From assembly GCA_015489175.1 (NCBI GenBank), contig WGAI01000053.1, forward strand, positions 9,519 through 73,518: a DNA stretch of 64,000 nt, written 5' to 3'. The DNA is from a candidate division WOR-3 bacterium (lineage in GTDB: Bacteria > Hydrothermota > Hydrothermia > B15-G9). Position 1 is the first letter of the stretch. Every line of letters begins with the position of its first letter. The notes under the pieces are model-generated. The model was not told the DNA's origin, made no database searches, and saw only the letters and a list, made by a program, of their open reading frames with translations. Of this stretch, positions 47,703-57,357 are shown piece after piece. The position numbers and the translations under genes were made by a program.

Positions 47703-48533
47703 ATGAAAAAATACACAAGATTTGTAGCAATATTGATGGTTGTGGCTGGAGTTGCCTTCTTTGCAGGATGCCCCGCACCTGTTACGAACATCGAGCCACC
47801 GGCATCACTTTCGATATCAGCTGATAACACGGGCACACGGGTCGTGCTCACATGGGAAGCATCCCCGACAGAGGACATCGATGGCTATATTGTTTACTTT
47901 AAGCCTATTAACGGCACTTTCGCCCCAATAGATACCCTCGAGGCAACTGAGACTCAGTATGAGGTTGACCCTCAGGGAACGGCTGGCGAGTATCATGTCA
48001 CAGCTTACAAAGGAGATAACGAGAGTGACCCAACTGATAATGTAAGCACTATCCCCTATCATACAGCTGCCGTCGAAGTTTATGAGCTTAACGGCGCAGG
48101 ATCAAGCGGTTATGGTTGGGATAGAACAACGGGAAGCGGCTCAGCATATCCTATGAGCCAGGCCAGCAGCGCAGATAATGTTGACTTTTACATAACCAAC
48201 TTCGCCGCTGGATATACTGTGGTACCTTATTATCTGGCTTCGCCAGATGTCAGTCAGGCTTCTTCTGACAGCTCCATTGTGCCATCAGCAAATTGGAGAG
48301 TCAACGGAATTAAACATGTCACAAACGAGGAAGCCAACTCGGTGCTCCCTGCCGCTGGAAATTATGTGAACTACGAGGAACTCATAGGCAACAGCTATTA
48401 CGGTGTTCACACCGAAGATGGCTACTTCGGGCTTGTTTACACAAATGGCGTGCCCAACACAAGCAATGGCACCCAGAATATCGAGACATGGTTCCAGCTG
48501 GTTCAGGGTCTGAGGCTCATCAACCACCAGTAG
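47703..48533 (+). CDS. Lipoprotein with an FN3-like domain and a beta-rich C-terminal domain
   Basis: Lipobox FAGC; VVLTWEAS...DGYIVY...YHVTAY. Confidence 0.8.
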   Translation: MKKYTRFVAILMVVAGVAFFAGCPAPVTNIEPPASLSISADNTGTRVVLTWEASPTEDIDGYIVYFKPINGTFAPIDTLEATETQYEVDPQGTAGEYHVTAYKGDNESDPTDNVSTIPYHTAAVEVYELNGAGSSGYGWDRTTGSGSAYPMSQASSADNVDFYITNFAAGYTVVPYYLASPDVSQASSDSSIVPSANWRVNGIKHVTNEEANSVLPAAGNYVNYEELIGNSYYGVHTEDGYFGLVYTNGVPNTSNGTQNIETWFQLVQGLRLINHQ

Positions 48534-48559
48534 AACTTTAGCTGAAACGATAAGCACAG

Positions 48560-48595
48560 GGGGGCGGCTGAGCACTCAGCCGCCCCCGATTTTTT
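48560..48595 (+). terminator. Intrinsic terminator
   Basis: GGGGGCGGCTGAG-CA-CTCAGCCGCCCCC followed by GATTTTTT. Confidence 0.85.
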
Positions 48596-48609
48596 GGTAA
48601 GGTGAAACA

Positions 48610-49854
48610 ATGCACGGATTTCATGACAGAGCTAAAATCGATGAGACGCTTATGAGATATGCGTTGCAGCGCAGGCGTAGGACGAGCCTGACCACCCTCG
48701 CTTTCATGTTTTTCATCTTTGGTGTTACCACTTCTTACTTCTTCCCATACCTGTTTCACAACTGGTATATGGTTCTGGTTGTGTTTCTGTTACTTGCAGG
48801 GATAATGGGATTTTACGCTGCGACTCAGGAATTCATGTTTTTGTTGCTCGGTGCGGCTTACACGACTGCGATCTTGTCCATTCTCCTGCTTCGCTCACTC
48901 ATACCTTTTGCCATATTGTGGGCAGTTGGGATTTTCTTTTTTTACAACTGGGCGACTTCTGGCCCTCCGACAACGGTGGAATACAGGCCGCCCAAAGGAA
49001 TCTCGCCTGAAGAAGTGGCTTACATGATCGAGGATAGAGCGGCCGATGAGCGAGAACTTCTTGTTACGCTGTTAGAACTTGAGAGAAAAGGGGTTGTGGA
49101 ACTGATACCCTCGAAAAACGATTTCTACATCCGTAGGTTGAGGGATATGAACGAGCTTGATGATCTGAACCCGCTTGAAAGGTTTGTCATGACACGCGTG
49201 TTTACCATGACGGGCGTCAGAACAATACTCGAATCAGGCATCCAACTGAATTACAACGAGTTTCCGTCGGAGGTAAGCCTCGACTATGTGCTGAACAACC
49301 TCACTGAATGGAAAAAAGCCTTTGACCTAACTTTCAAAGATTACTTAACTTATTACAAGCCAGTTTATTACAGATTTCTCATGTCATCAAAGAGGAGGAT
49401 AATGCTTCTTGGTCTCGCCTCAGCCTTGTGGGCGATTTTCGTGGCCTATCTTTACAATTTTCAGTTAGGCAAGTCTGGCGATTACTTACTATCGTTTTTC
49501 ATATTTGGGGCCGTTACAGCCCTTTTCGGGTGGAAATACACCGGAGCGATGACGGCTCTGGGCAAGTCCGTTTATGCCAAAATTAAAGGGTTTGGAGAAT
49601 TCCTGAGGAGAGTGGAATGGCCAAGATTGAGGTGGATGCTCAAGACCGGTCGAATTACCGTAAATGAGCTTTTCCTTTATGCTATTGCGTTTAAGATGTT
49701 TAACAGCATAGACTTCTGGCTGATACGAATACGAAAAGACAAATCGCTCGATCTGGGAGATATATCAAAGATTGAAAAGTTGTGGAAGCTGATAAACTTT
49801 AGGTGGCACTTGAGTAACTTAATCGAGGAATTTGAGGGAGGCTACAAGGTGTAA
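48610..49854 (+). CDS. DUF2207-like membrane protein (C-terminal region only)
   Basis: PPKGISPEEVAY, TLLELERKG, T..G......IKGF.EFL and YAIAF motifs. Confidence 0.65.
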   Translation: MHGFHDRAKIDETLMRYALQRRRRTSLTTLAFMFFIFGVTTSYFFPYLFHNWYMVLVVFLLLAGIMGFYAATQEFMFLLLGAAYTTAILSILLLRSLIPFAILWAVGIFFFYNWATSGPPTTVEYRPPKGISPEEVAYMIEDRAADERELLVTLLELERKGVVELIPSKNDFYIRRLRDMNELDDLNPLERFVMTRVFTMTGVRTILESGIQLNYNEFPSEVSLDYVLNNLTEWKKAFDLTFKDYLTYYKPVYYRFLMSSKRRIMLLGLASALWAIFVAYLYNFQLGKSGDYLLSFFIFGAVTALFGWKYTGAMTALGKSVYAKIKGFGEFLRRVEWPRLRWMLKTGRITVNELFLYAIAFKMFNSIDFWLIRIRKDKSLDLGDISKIEKLWKLINFRWHLSNLIEEFEGGYKV

Positions 49855-50747
49855 TGCGGGTCATTGCCGAGCACGGAGAGTGGATGTCCGCAGTCCTCAA
49901 TGTCGAGAAACACAGTTTTTTCTGGAGGCCGGAATGGTTTTCACTTTTCGAGGGCAAAAGCAGTCTGTTGGTGAGCGAATCAGGGCTTGCCGTGCCGGTT
50001 CTTGTCAAAAACAAGCTGTTTACGAAAGTGATCCACAGCGGCCCGATGGGCGGATATGGCGGGCCCATAACTCCAAAAGACAGCGTTAACCTCCGCGAAC
50101 TTGGTTTTTTCCTGTTAGCCATAATGAAAAAATACCTCGCAAGTCGGATAGCGTTTCACGGCACACCGTGGCTCTCGTTTCACGGCTCCCCTCCCTGGTT
50201 CGTCAGGATGAGGCGAGGCGAGACGATGATATTGCATCCAATCCCGTCCGATCCGCTCGGTAGATGCAACTCATCATGCAGGCGCAACTACCGCAAAGCA
50301 TTCCTCAGCGGCGTCAGGTTTAAAAGCGGATCCAGCTCCGATGTCAATGAATATATGAGGATGTATGCTGATACTGCCAAAAGGCACGGCGGTGCAGTAA
50401 CTTACTCTATTGATTTCTTCCAGCGTCTCATCGCCCTGAAAAATGTCCATCTGCTGCTCGCCACTTATCAGGATAAACCGATTGCGGGCATCTGGCTGTT
50501 GGAAGGCAAGGGGGAACTTTTTTACTGGCACGGCGCCTCATACACGAAATGGTTGCATCTCAGGCCGAACAACCTGCTCCATGTGGAGGCCATCGAGCTC
50601 GCAAACAGGCTCGGCTCCGAATGGTATAACATGGGGGCAAGTCTCGGGAAAGAAGGGTTGAAAAGGTTTAAGGCTTCGTTTGGTGCCACCGAATGGAATT
50701 ACCCTATACTCTCGATTTCGCTGGTTCCCGAATTTTTGCTGCGTTGA
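49854..50747 (+). CDS. GNAT/FemAB-like acyltransferase
   Basis: GYGGP, RRNYRKA, YWHGAS, RPNNLL and GLKRFKASFGA motifs. Confidence 0.85.
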   Translation: MRVIAEHGEWMSAVLNVEKHSFFWRPEWFSLFEGKSSLLVSESGLAVPVLVKNKLFTKVIHSGPMGGYGGPITPKDSVNLRELGFFLLAIMKKYLASRIAFHGTPWLSFHGSPPWFVRMRRGETMILHPIPSDPLGRCNSSCRRNYRKAFLSGVRFKSGSSSDVNEYMRMYADTAKRHGGAVTYSIDFFQRLIALKNVHLLLATYQDKPIAGIWLLEGKGELFYWHGASYTKWLHLRPNNLLHVEAIELANRLGSEWYNMGASLGKEGLKRFKASFGATEWNYPILSISLVPEFLLR

Positions 50748-50749
50748 TG

Positions 50750-50777
50750 AAGGGCGGCGGCTGTCGCCGCCGCCCTT
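50750..50777. terminator. Hairpin between convergent genes
   Basis: 12-bp perfect stem AAGGGCGGCGGC-TGTC-GCCGCCGCCCTT. Confidence 0.7.
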
Positions 50778-50781
50778 GAAC

Positions 50782-53622
50782 TCACTTCACAACCACTATC
50801 TTCTGTGTCCTGACGGAACGCCCAGTATCAATGAGCAGGATATAAACGCCGGGCGAATTCAACCTGAAGCTGAACCTGTTACCGTCAACCATGCGTCTGA
50901 AGACCTCCCTTCCGGCTGCATCATAGACCCTGACACTGCTCGTCTTCGGGGCCTTCACTGTGAACATCCCATCAGCCGACACATTCGGCGTTATGGTGAT
51001 GATGCCCTGACCGACATCACCATGTCCTTCGTTAACGGACGGTGGCACAGCTCCGCCTGAGAGCAAATAGAATGTCCCGCCGTTACTGCCGAGCATCTGT
51101 GTGCCACCGCCGATGTCTGCAAATCCATCCCCGTTGACATCGGACACAGCAAGAACCGTAAAGAATTTGTTGTCGCCAGTGAAACTCCAGAGGCTGTCAC
51201 CTGTGTGTCCATCAAGCACATAAATCCTGTGGTCGAATGAGCCTGCGACCACCTCATTAAATCCGTCGCCGTTTAGATCGTCAACCGAGTTGACCGTCCA
51301 CACATCGCCACCCGTGTAGAACCTCCACAGTGTAGTCCCGTCGCTGCCGGAGATGACCATCACATCGTTTGACCAGCTCCCGACAGCTACATCGTGCATG
51401 CCATCCCCAGAAACATCGCCTATGTCAACGACTTTCATCACGACGCTGGAAACCGTATTCTGCCATATCAGCTGCCCATCGGCCCCGCTTATCGCCAGGA
51501 CCATGCCGCTCCAGTTGCCGGCGATCACATCGTCCACACCATCGCCGTTCAGATCCGGTATAGAGATCGCCCACCATACATCGCCGCCTGTGTCGTAACT
51601 CCATATCACACGTCCGTTTTCTGAAGGATTGCCGCTCACGAGATACACATGGTTGTCCCTCACGGAATTGCCTCCAGCGCCAGCAATTATATCAGGATAC
51701 GAATCGCCGTTCACATCCCTTATGGACGAGACTGTTATGACCGCATCGTTCGCCTGATGTCGGAAAAGCACAGTCCCGCTGGCACCATCGAACACATACA
51801 CACAGCGCGGCCCCATCGAGCCACTGTTCCATCCTCCAACACCTGCAATAATTTCAGGCACACCATCGCCGTTGACATCGCCAAGCGTATCGACGGAATA
51901 GACCCAGCCGCCATGTCCATCCTCTCTGTGAGTGTCATAGCTCCAGATAACGGTGCCATCGAGGCCGGATATGGCGTAAATCGTGCGGTCTCCCCACGCA
52001 CTGCCATGCACGATGTCAGGGAAACCGTCGCCGTTTAGGTCAGAGACGGCTTTCAAACCGCCTTCACCCCAGCCTCCACCTATGTCCCGAGTCCATAACG
52101 GGATAGCTTCACCGTAGCTGTTCCCACGAATTGCGAAAAGGTTGTCGCCCGTCACACCTGCATCGTAGGAATCGAAAACCACGATCGGAGTGCTGTCTCG
52201 GGGATCCACGAAATAGGTCGAAGAAACGACATTGTCAGGTCCTGAGACGCTCCAGAGCAGGTCGCCACCTGTGAAAGCGGACGGAGAAAACGCCCGTCCG
52301 TGCAAAACGATCGAGAATGACGGGGCAGCGGCGTCGTTGGAGTAGATCCACATCGTGTCGTTCACTTCACCCTCGATCTCAGGGGAGAAGAAAACCGATA
52401 GGCTGTCCGAATTTAATGGCCTGACAGTTATCGGAAAGTCGATGCCTTCGAGGTAAAAGTTGGCAGAAGAAACACGAACGCTGTCTATGATAAGGTCGAA
52501 TGTGCCCGAATCGGTTACGACGAGCACCATTCGTTTGAGCCCACCGACATAGTTCTCGCCAAAATCCATCGTAGTGTCGCTGGTCACAATGTGCGGCCCG
52601 GATATTACACTGCTCGCATGCAGGCTGACATCCACTCTCTCCTCATCGGGATCGTTTGAGAAGACCGACAGCGTGCCTCGATATTCTCCTGCAACTGTCG
52701 CGTAAAAATGAACAGGCAATCCGTAATTGCTTCTCGGCTCAATCGATGCTATCGGCGATGCGGTTTGGCTCACGAAAAAGCCTTCGCCGCTGACCTCGAC
52801 CGAATCTATCGTGAGAACGGTATCCCCTTGATTGTAAATCTGAAGAGTAGCTGTTGCCGTATCGCCAATAGACACAGCTCCAAAATCAAGGAGCGTGTCG
52901 GGTATGTAGATGTCAGGTGTGCCACCGCCTGAGACATTTATCTGAAAGAACGACCAGCCGGTTGAGGAGTTAGGATTTTTGGCTGTGACCCACAGGTAAG
53001 CACCGTCCCATGTTGCACCTGTGGGATTGGCACCGGGAGAGCTGAACGATGCCACGACCTGACCGCTTGCGGTATCGACAGCATAGACCATGTTGGCGTA
53101 GTAATCGACCATCCACAAGTTCGTCCCGTCAAATGCAAGTCCCCACGGCTGTGCATCAGGTGCAGGCAGACTCCTCAAAGTGTCGCCTGTGGCAGGATCT
53201 ATCTCGTAAAATCGTCCGTCTGGATCGTAATACGCAGCTGCCCATAGATGGGCGCCGTCGTATGTCAGCCCTGCCATGTAATGCCTCGGAGTTGGGAACG
53301 AATCGATCAAATTCCCCAGCGCGTCAAGTTTGTAGATGTGATGATCGCTCCCCATGTAATGGTGCAGGAAATAGATGTATTCTCCATCGAAAGCGAGCCC
53401 ATAGCAATCGTCCCTCGGGGATGGCAGCGTGTCGAGCACCGCGCCGTTTGAAGTATCAATCTGGAAAATATACACATCGTTTCCACTCGCATACAGGCCG
53501 GAGTAAAGGTGCTCCCCGTCAAAAGTCAGACCGCCGGAGCGGCGAGGGGCATCAAGCACCTTGACCACACTCTGGGCGTTCAGCCCTGTCAGCATGATGA
53601 GTATCAACAAAAGCCTTCTCAT
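50782..53622 (-). CDS. Secreted multidomain protein: beta-propeller + two ASH/Ig-like domains + FG-GAP propeller + T9SS type A-like sorting domain
   Basis: Five GL(T/A)FDG..LW-type blades; LDFG.V.IG / MDFGE Ig domains; seven D(L/V)(N/S)GD FG-GAP units; C-terminal ..PN...VYDAAGREV...PGVYIL...TQKIVVVK. Confidence 0.85.
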   Translation of the reverse strand: MRRLLLILIMLTGLNAQSVVKVLDAPRRSGGLTFDGEHLYSGLYASGNDVYIFQIDTSNGAVLDTLPSPRDDCYGLAFDGEYIYFLHHYMGSDHHIYKLDALGNLIDSFPTPRHYMAGLTYDGAHLWAAAYYDPDGRFYEIDPATGDTLRSLPAPDAQPWGLAFDGTNLWMVDYYANMVYAVDTASGQVVASFSSPGANPTGATWDGAYLWVTAKNPNSSTGWSFFQINVSGGGTPDIYIPDTLLDFGAVSIGDTATATLQIYNQGDTVLTIDSVEVSGEGFFVSQTASPIASIEPRSNYGLPVHFYATVAGEYRGTLSVFSNDPDEERVDVSLHASSVISGPHIVTSDTTMDFGENYVGGLKRMVLVVTDSGTFDLIIDSVRVSSANFYLEGIDFPITVRPLNSDSLSVFFSPEIEGEVNDTMWIYSNDAAAPSFSIVLHGRAFSPSAFTGGDLLWSVSGPDNVVSSTYFVDPRDSTPIVVFDSYDAGVTGDNLFAIRGNSYGEAIPLWTRDIGGGWGEGGLKAVSDLNGDGFPDIVHGSAWGDRTIYAISGLDGTVIWSYDTHREDGHGGWVYSVDTLGDVNGDGVPEIIAGVGGWNSGSMGPRCVYVFDGASGTVLFRHQANDAVITVSSIRDVNGDSYPDIIAGAGGNSVRDNHVYLVSGNPSENGRVIWSYDTGGDVWWAISIPDLNGDGVDDVIAGNWSGMVLAISGADGQLIWQNTVSSVVMKVVDIGDVSGDGMHDVAVGSWSNDVMVISGSDGTTLWRFYTGGDVWTVNSVDDLNGDGFNEVVAGSFDHRIYVLDGHTGDSLWSFTGDNKFFTVLAVSDVNGDGFADIGGGTQMLGSNGGTFYLLSGGAVPPSVNEGHGDVGQGIITITPNVSADGMFTVKAPKTSSVRVYDAAGREVFRRMVDGNRFSFRLNSPGVYILLIDTGRSVRTQKIVVVK

Positions 53623-53708
53623 GGCTCACCTCCATAGTAAAGCCCTCTTAAGCGGGCGGGGATTTATCGACCGAACAGGGAACAAAATGAACATCAGCTC
53701 AAAAAGAC

Positions 53709-54485
53709 CTATGTCGTTTTCCTTTTCTTGCACTTCAAAACATAGATGGATGGGTTCATCAAGAACCCATCGCTCATAACTTTGTCGTAAACCCTGTTGA
53801 CTGCTTTATTCAAAGCACCTTTCAGCTCATTATCCCATGGTATTTCTTCAATGTCTTTCAACATCAACTCTCTCCACTCATCCATAACTTCCTTATGGCG
53901 AGAATTCTTCGCCGAAGGGAATACTTTCTCGGCATAAACATCAAATCCGAGGATGTCGAGGGCAAATTTGAGTTCTTCTGGCAGTGGTTCGGATGACCAT
54001 GTCTCTCCTTTCAAATCGTAAATGGCCTTCGACAGGTTCCATCGCCTCCATTGCCCCTCGTTATCAGGGTTTTCGAGACTTTCCACAGGGATCTCAGAAG
54101 TGATTATCAGGTGGCCGCCCGGTTTCAAGACCCTCTTAAATTCCTTCAATGCGGTCAGAAGCTTCAGAGGCCTGGGGTTTAGAAAAACGATGGTGTCGTC
54201 GCAATTCACGATGTCTATCGATTCGTCCTTTATGAAGTGCAGATCAAAGATGTCCGCTTCTCTCAACTCGATGTATCTGCTATACTCTCCAAGCCTTTTC
54301 TTTATCCTGTCAATCCATATCTGTGGAAGGTCGTTGTCAACGCAGATGATTTTGGAGGTGCCTCCCTGTTCATGAACAGCTTTTGCCCAGAAATAAGTCG
54401 ATACACCCGCCCCAACTGCCGCATCGAGGATGACTTTGTTCCTCAAATCCAACCCATCAAGCACAAAATCGTGGATTTTCCCCAT
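53709..54485 (-). CDS. Class I SAM-dependent methyltransferase
   Basis: ILDAAVGAG, EADIFDL and EFKRVLKPGG motifs; start at 54485 (GGGAGG SD) or 54545. Confidence 0.85.
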   Translation of the reverse strand: MGKIHDFVLDGLDLRNKVILDAAVGAGVSTYFWAKAVHEQGGTSKIICVDNDLPQIWIDRIKKRLGEYSRYIELREADIFDLHFIKDESIDIVNCDDTIVFLNPRPLKLLTALKEFKRVLKPGGHLIITSEIPVESLENPDNEGQWRRWNLSKAIYDLKGETWSSEPLPEELKFALDILGFDVYAEKVFPSAKNSRHKEVMDEWRELMLKDIEEIPWDNELKGALNKAVNRVYDKVMSDGFLMNPSIYVLKCKKRKTT

Positions 54486-54653
54486 GAGTGAGGCCTCCCG
54501 GTTTGATTTTAAAAAACTCTCCTTGAATTCGGTTCTAACACTCATCGCACTTCACCCAATTCGGACATGGCAACAAAGTTAGATTTGACAGGTTTTTTCC
54601 CTTCTCGACACCACACTACCAACTAATTTTTAGCAATAAACATGGAATAGAGC

Positions 54654-55043
54654 TCAATTATGGGGATCATCTTTTGATTCCTTCTCCAGCATAGCCCTAA
54701 TTTGAGGGATACGTTTGCTTACTTCAATGCTCAAGATGTCCTCGGTCGGCGCTTTGACAAGTACAGCGGCCTCAGGTTGCAGTTTTTCCATAACGCTCTT
54801 TTCCATAAACTCTTTTGACTCTCCACCGGAATGGTAAAGCATGTTCATCAAAACGATCTGCATCTCAAGATCGCTCTCAAAGAACTCCTGCAGCCCTTTC
54901 TCATCCTGCACTCCCTTGATGCTGGCTATCAGCGCCACGACTGCAGCGTATTCCTCCATCTTATCAGGCCAGCTTTTAACCCATTTTTGCAGCTTTTCGG
55001 GCAGCATCTTCAATATGTCATCTATATCGCCAACCCCTTTCAT
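54654..55043 (-). CDS. Hypothetical alpha-helical protein
   Basis: GGAGGT SD before ATG 55043; co-oriented downstream of the kinase. Confidence 0.6.
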   Translation of the reverse strand: MKGVGDIDDILKMLPEKLQKWVKSWPDKMEEYAAVVALIASIKGVQDEKGLQEFFESDLEMQIVLMNMLYHSGGESKEFMEKSVMEKLQPEAAVLVKAPTEDILSIEVSKRIPQIRAMLEKESKDDPHN

Positions 55044-55063
55044 CGCACTGACCTCCGCCAAAT

Positions 55064-56263
55064 TTATTTTGAATTGCCATCCTCGACAGGGAGCTCTATC
55101 TCAAAAATAGTTTCCCTGCCTGGCGTCGATGACACAAGCCTTATTTTGCCGTGATGGATGTCTTCAACGATCCTTTTCGTCAGTAACAATCCCATGCCCC
55201 ATCCTCTTTCTTTGGTCGTAAACCCCTTCTTGAAGATGAGCTTCTGCTTGTCAGGAGGTATCCCTCTGCCGTGATCTACTACCCTGATAACCCCTTTCCC
55301 ATCCCTGACATCGACATGAATCTCAATGTGAGGGGAGTTCATCCTTGCCTCGTAAGCGTTTTTCACCAGGTTTTCGACCGCCCACGAAAGCAATTCAAAA
55401 TCACCCATCACCTCGCAGTCGGAATTGATGACGATATCGGGGCTATACCCCTTCAAAAACCGCTCTCTGGCCTCACGGACAGTCGAATTGACAAGCTCGG
55501 ACAGGCGGAATCGGCTGAATTTGTGCCCGCCACCGATCCTCGAAAACCGTTGAAGGATCGATGAAATCCTGTTCAAATCCTTTTCCATGCCATTAACGAT
55601 GTCCTGCTCGATATCTGGATGCGATCTCAACAGCTCGAACCAGCCCATCAAAGATGAGGTCGGGACGCCCATTTGATGGGCAAGCCCTTTAGCAAACATG
55701 CTCCACAACGCCTCCATCTGGTATTTCTGGATCGAACCGGCAGCCCACATGAGCCCCACGAACGACAAAACGCCGACTATCGTCAAAAGCAAGGGCAAAA
55801 GCTTTATGTAGTTCACGATCTCAGGGTTGCCGTAGTAGATGTAACCAACCACTTTGCCATGTAACTCCATTGGAATAGGTTGATGGGCTTCTTTCAAGCT
55901 TTCGACGGCCTTCAGCAGCTTCTGGAATTCGGGGTCATGTCGCAAAAGTTCGGGGCGATCGAGTTCAGCGGCCGAGAACCTTTTCGGATCGACGCCAACG
56001 CCTTTCCAGGCCCTCGGCGTGCCGCTTACATCAACCACGACCATCGGGAAATCCACATCGTTTACCACATCCCGAATGATGTCTGCCACATCGCTCTCCT
56101 CAGTCGCAGGTATCAACAAAGTCGAGAAAAGTTTTGCTATAACCCTCGAAGTCGTCTCAACTTCCCTCTGAATTGAGCGCGTTATAGGTCTAACAAGAAA
56201 AATGGACGACAGCGACACGAAGCCTATGGCAAAGAAAAGATAAGGCAAAATTCGGTTCTTCAT
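55064..56263 (-). CDS. Membrane sensor histidine kinase
   Basis: Two TMs; H-box AHQMGVP; N-box ENLVKNA; G-boxes DHGRGI and GFTTK.RGWGMGL. Confidence 0.93.
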   Translation of the reverse strand: MKNRILPYLFFAIGFVSLSSIFLVRPITRSIQREVETTSRVIAKLFSTLLIPATEESDVADIIRDVVNDVDFPMVVVDVSGTPRAWKGVGVDPKRFSAAELDRPELLRHDPEFQKLLKAVESLKEAHQPIPMELHGKVVGYIYYGNPEIVNYIKLLPLLLTIVGVLSFVGLMWAAGSIQKYQMEALWSMFAKGLAHQMGVPTSSLMGWFELLRSHPDIEQDIVNGMEKDLNRISSILQRFSRIGGGHKFSRFRLSELVNSTVREARERFLKGYSPDIVINSDCEVMGDFELLSWAVENLVKNAYEARMNSPHIEIHVDVRDGKGVIRVVDHGRGIPPDKQKLIFKKGFTTKERGWGMGLLLTKRIVEDIHHGKIRLVSSTPGRETIFEIELPVEDGNSK

Positions 56264-56361
56264 GGCAAAGCTTATTTTAGCCAATAGTTTGGCACTTCTC
56301 AAGCGAAAAATGCGATATCATACCCCCTGATCCTCTGTCTTAGCCTATCAGCGGCCGATAT

Positions 56362-56506
56362 TTCTCAAATCTCCAGGTTAAAGAAAAGGTTATCTGGGAT
56401 TTAATGAAGAAATACAGCAAGCCGCCGCTTCCTCCTTGATATCCATCTTGAGGCCACCCCTGAGGATGAGGAACGGTATCAGATGGTCTATGCCAATGAA
56501 CACTAA
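56362..56506 (+). pseudogene. queA: queA fragment (frameshifted relic)
   Basis: ..IWDLMKKYSKPPLPP[TGAT, 1-nt insertion]IHLEATPEDEERYQMVYANEH*, matching the QueA 'PLPPYI...D.ERYQTVYA' motif. Confidence 0.7.
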
Positions 56507-56630
56507 ATGGGATAACAAAATGATTGTGCGGAATTTTGATCCCATCCGATGAAAGCCGTGGATGCGCACCACCCCAATCCTTCAACAGAGCAACGAGCAA
56601 GGTACATTGGATCATACCTCCGCACTTTTC

Positions 56631-56680
56631 TTGACTTCTGAGTGCCACCTGCACCACAATTTTAGACCGACGGTCGGTTT
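56631..56680 (+). promoter_or_regulatory. Promoter (TTGACT-18-CACAAT) with TetR-type operator palindrome ACCGAC-G-GTCGGT (56666-56678)
   Basis: The palindrome sits just downstream of the -10 box, upstream of tetR. Confidence 0.7.
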
Positions 56681-56698
56681 GAAACTATGGAGGGAGAG

Positions 56699-57343
56699 AT
56701 GGGAAACATCAGGAAAGGCATCCAACGGAAGCGCGAGATCATCGAGACTGCCTTCAACCTTTTCGTGCAGAATGGCTATGAGCAGACATCCGTCCAGCAG
56801 ATAATCGACACTCTCGGCATCTCAAAAGGCGCATTTTACCACCATTTTAAGTCTAAAGATGACCTTCTGGATGCAGTGATCAGCGACATACTCGAAGATG
56901 TTGCCTCAGAGATCAACCAAATAGCCAATTCCGACAGAGATGCAGTCACCAAACTCACTGAGATCTATGGAATTTTTAGAGGAAAAGAGGATGTGCTTAA
57001 GTTAATCCTTGCTGAGCTTTATCGCGACACCAACCTCAAGATGCGGCAGAAATTTGTAAATCAGATGCTCAAAATCATTTCAGCCCCATTGAACAAAGTG
57101 CTTGAACAGGGCAAAGCTGAGGGAGCGTTTGACATCGTTGAAGTTGAAGGCGTCGCTCAATTGCTCATAGTCATGGACATGGCTGTCGGCGAGGCCATCT
57201 TTGGGTTGATGAAAGAAAGGGACATCAAAGGCATAAAATCGATGTTAGACGCCTATGCATTTGCCATCAAAAGGATACTTGGCACAGAAGCGGACATAAA
57301 ATTCACAGATGTCGATGTCCTCCAACTCATTGAGAACATTTAA
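56699..57343 (+). CDS. TetR/AcrR-family transcriptional regulator
   Basis: IIETAFNLFVQNGYEQTSVQQIIDTLGISKGAFYHHFKSKDDL helix-turn-helix. Confidence 0.95.
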   Translation: MGNIRKGIQRKREIIETAFNLFVQNGYEQTSVQQIIDTLGISKGAFYHHFKSKDDLLDAVISDILEDVASEINQIANSDRDAVTKLTEIYGIFRGKEDVLKLILAELYRDTNLKMRQKFVNQMLKIISAPLNKVLEQGKAEGAFDIVEVEGVAQLLIVMDMAVGEAIFGLMKERDIKGIKSMLDAYAFAIKRILGTEADIKFTDVDVLQLIENI

Positions 57344-57357
57344 AAGGAGGTTCTAAA

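Noticed and set aside
56340..56657. Minus-strand 105-aa and 60-aa ORFs between the kinase and tetR
   Set aside because: No recognisable protein features; the region is better explained by a plus-strand queA relic and promoters.
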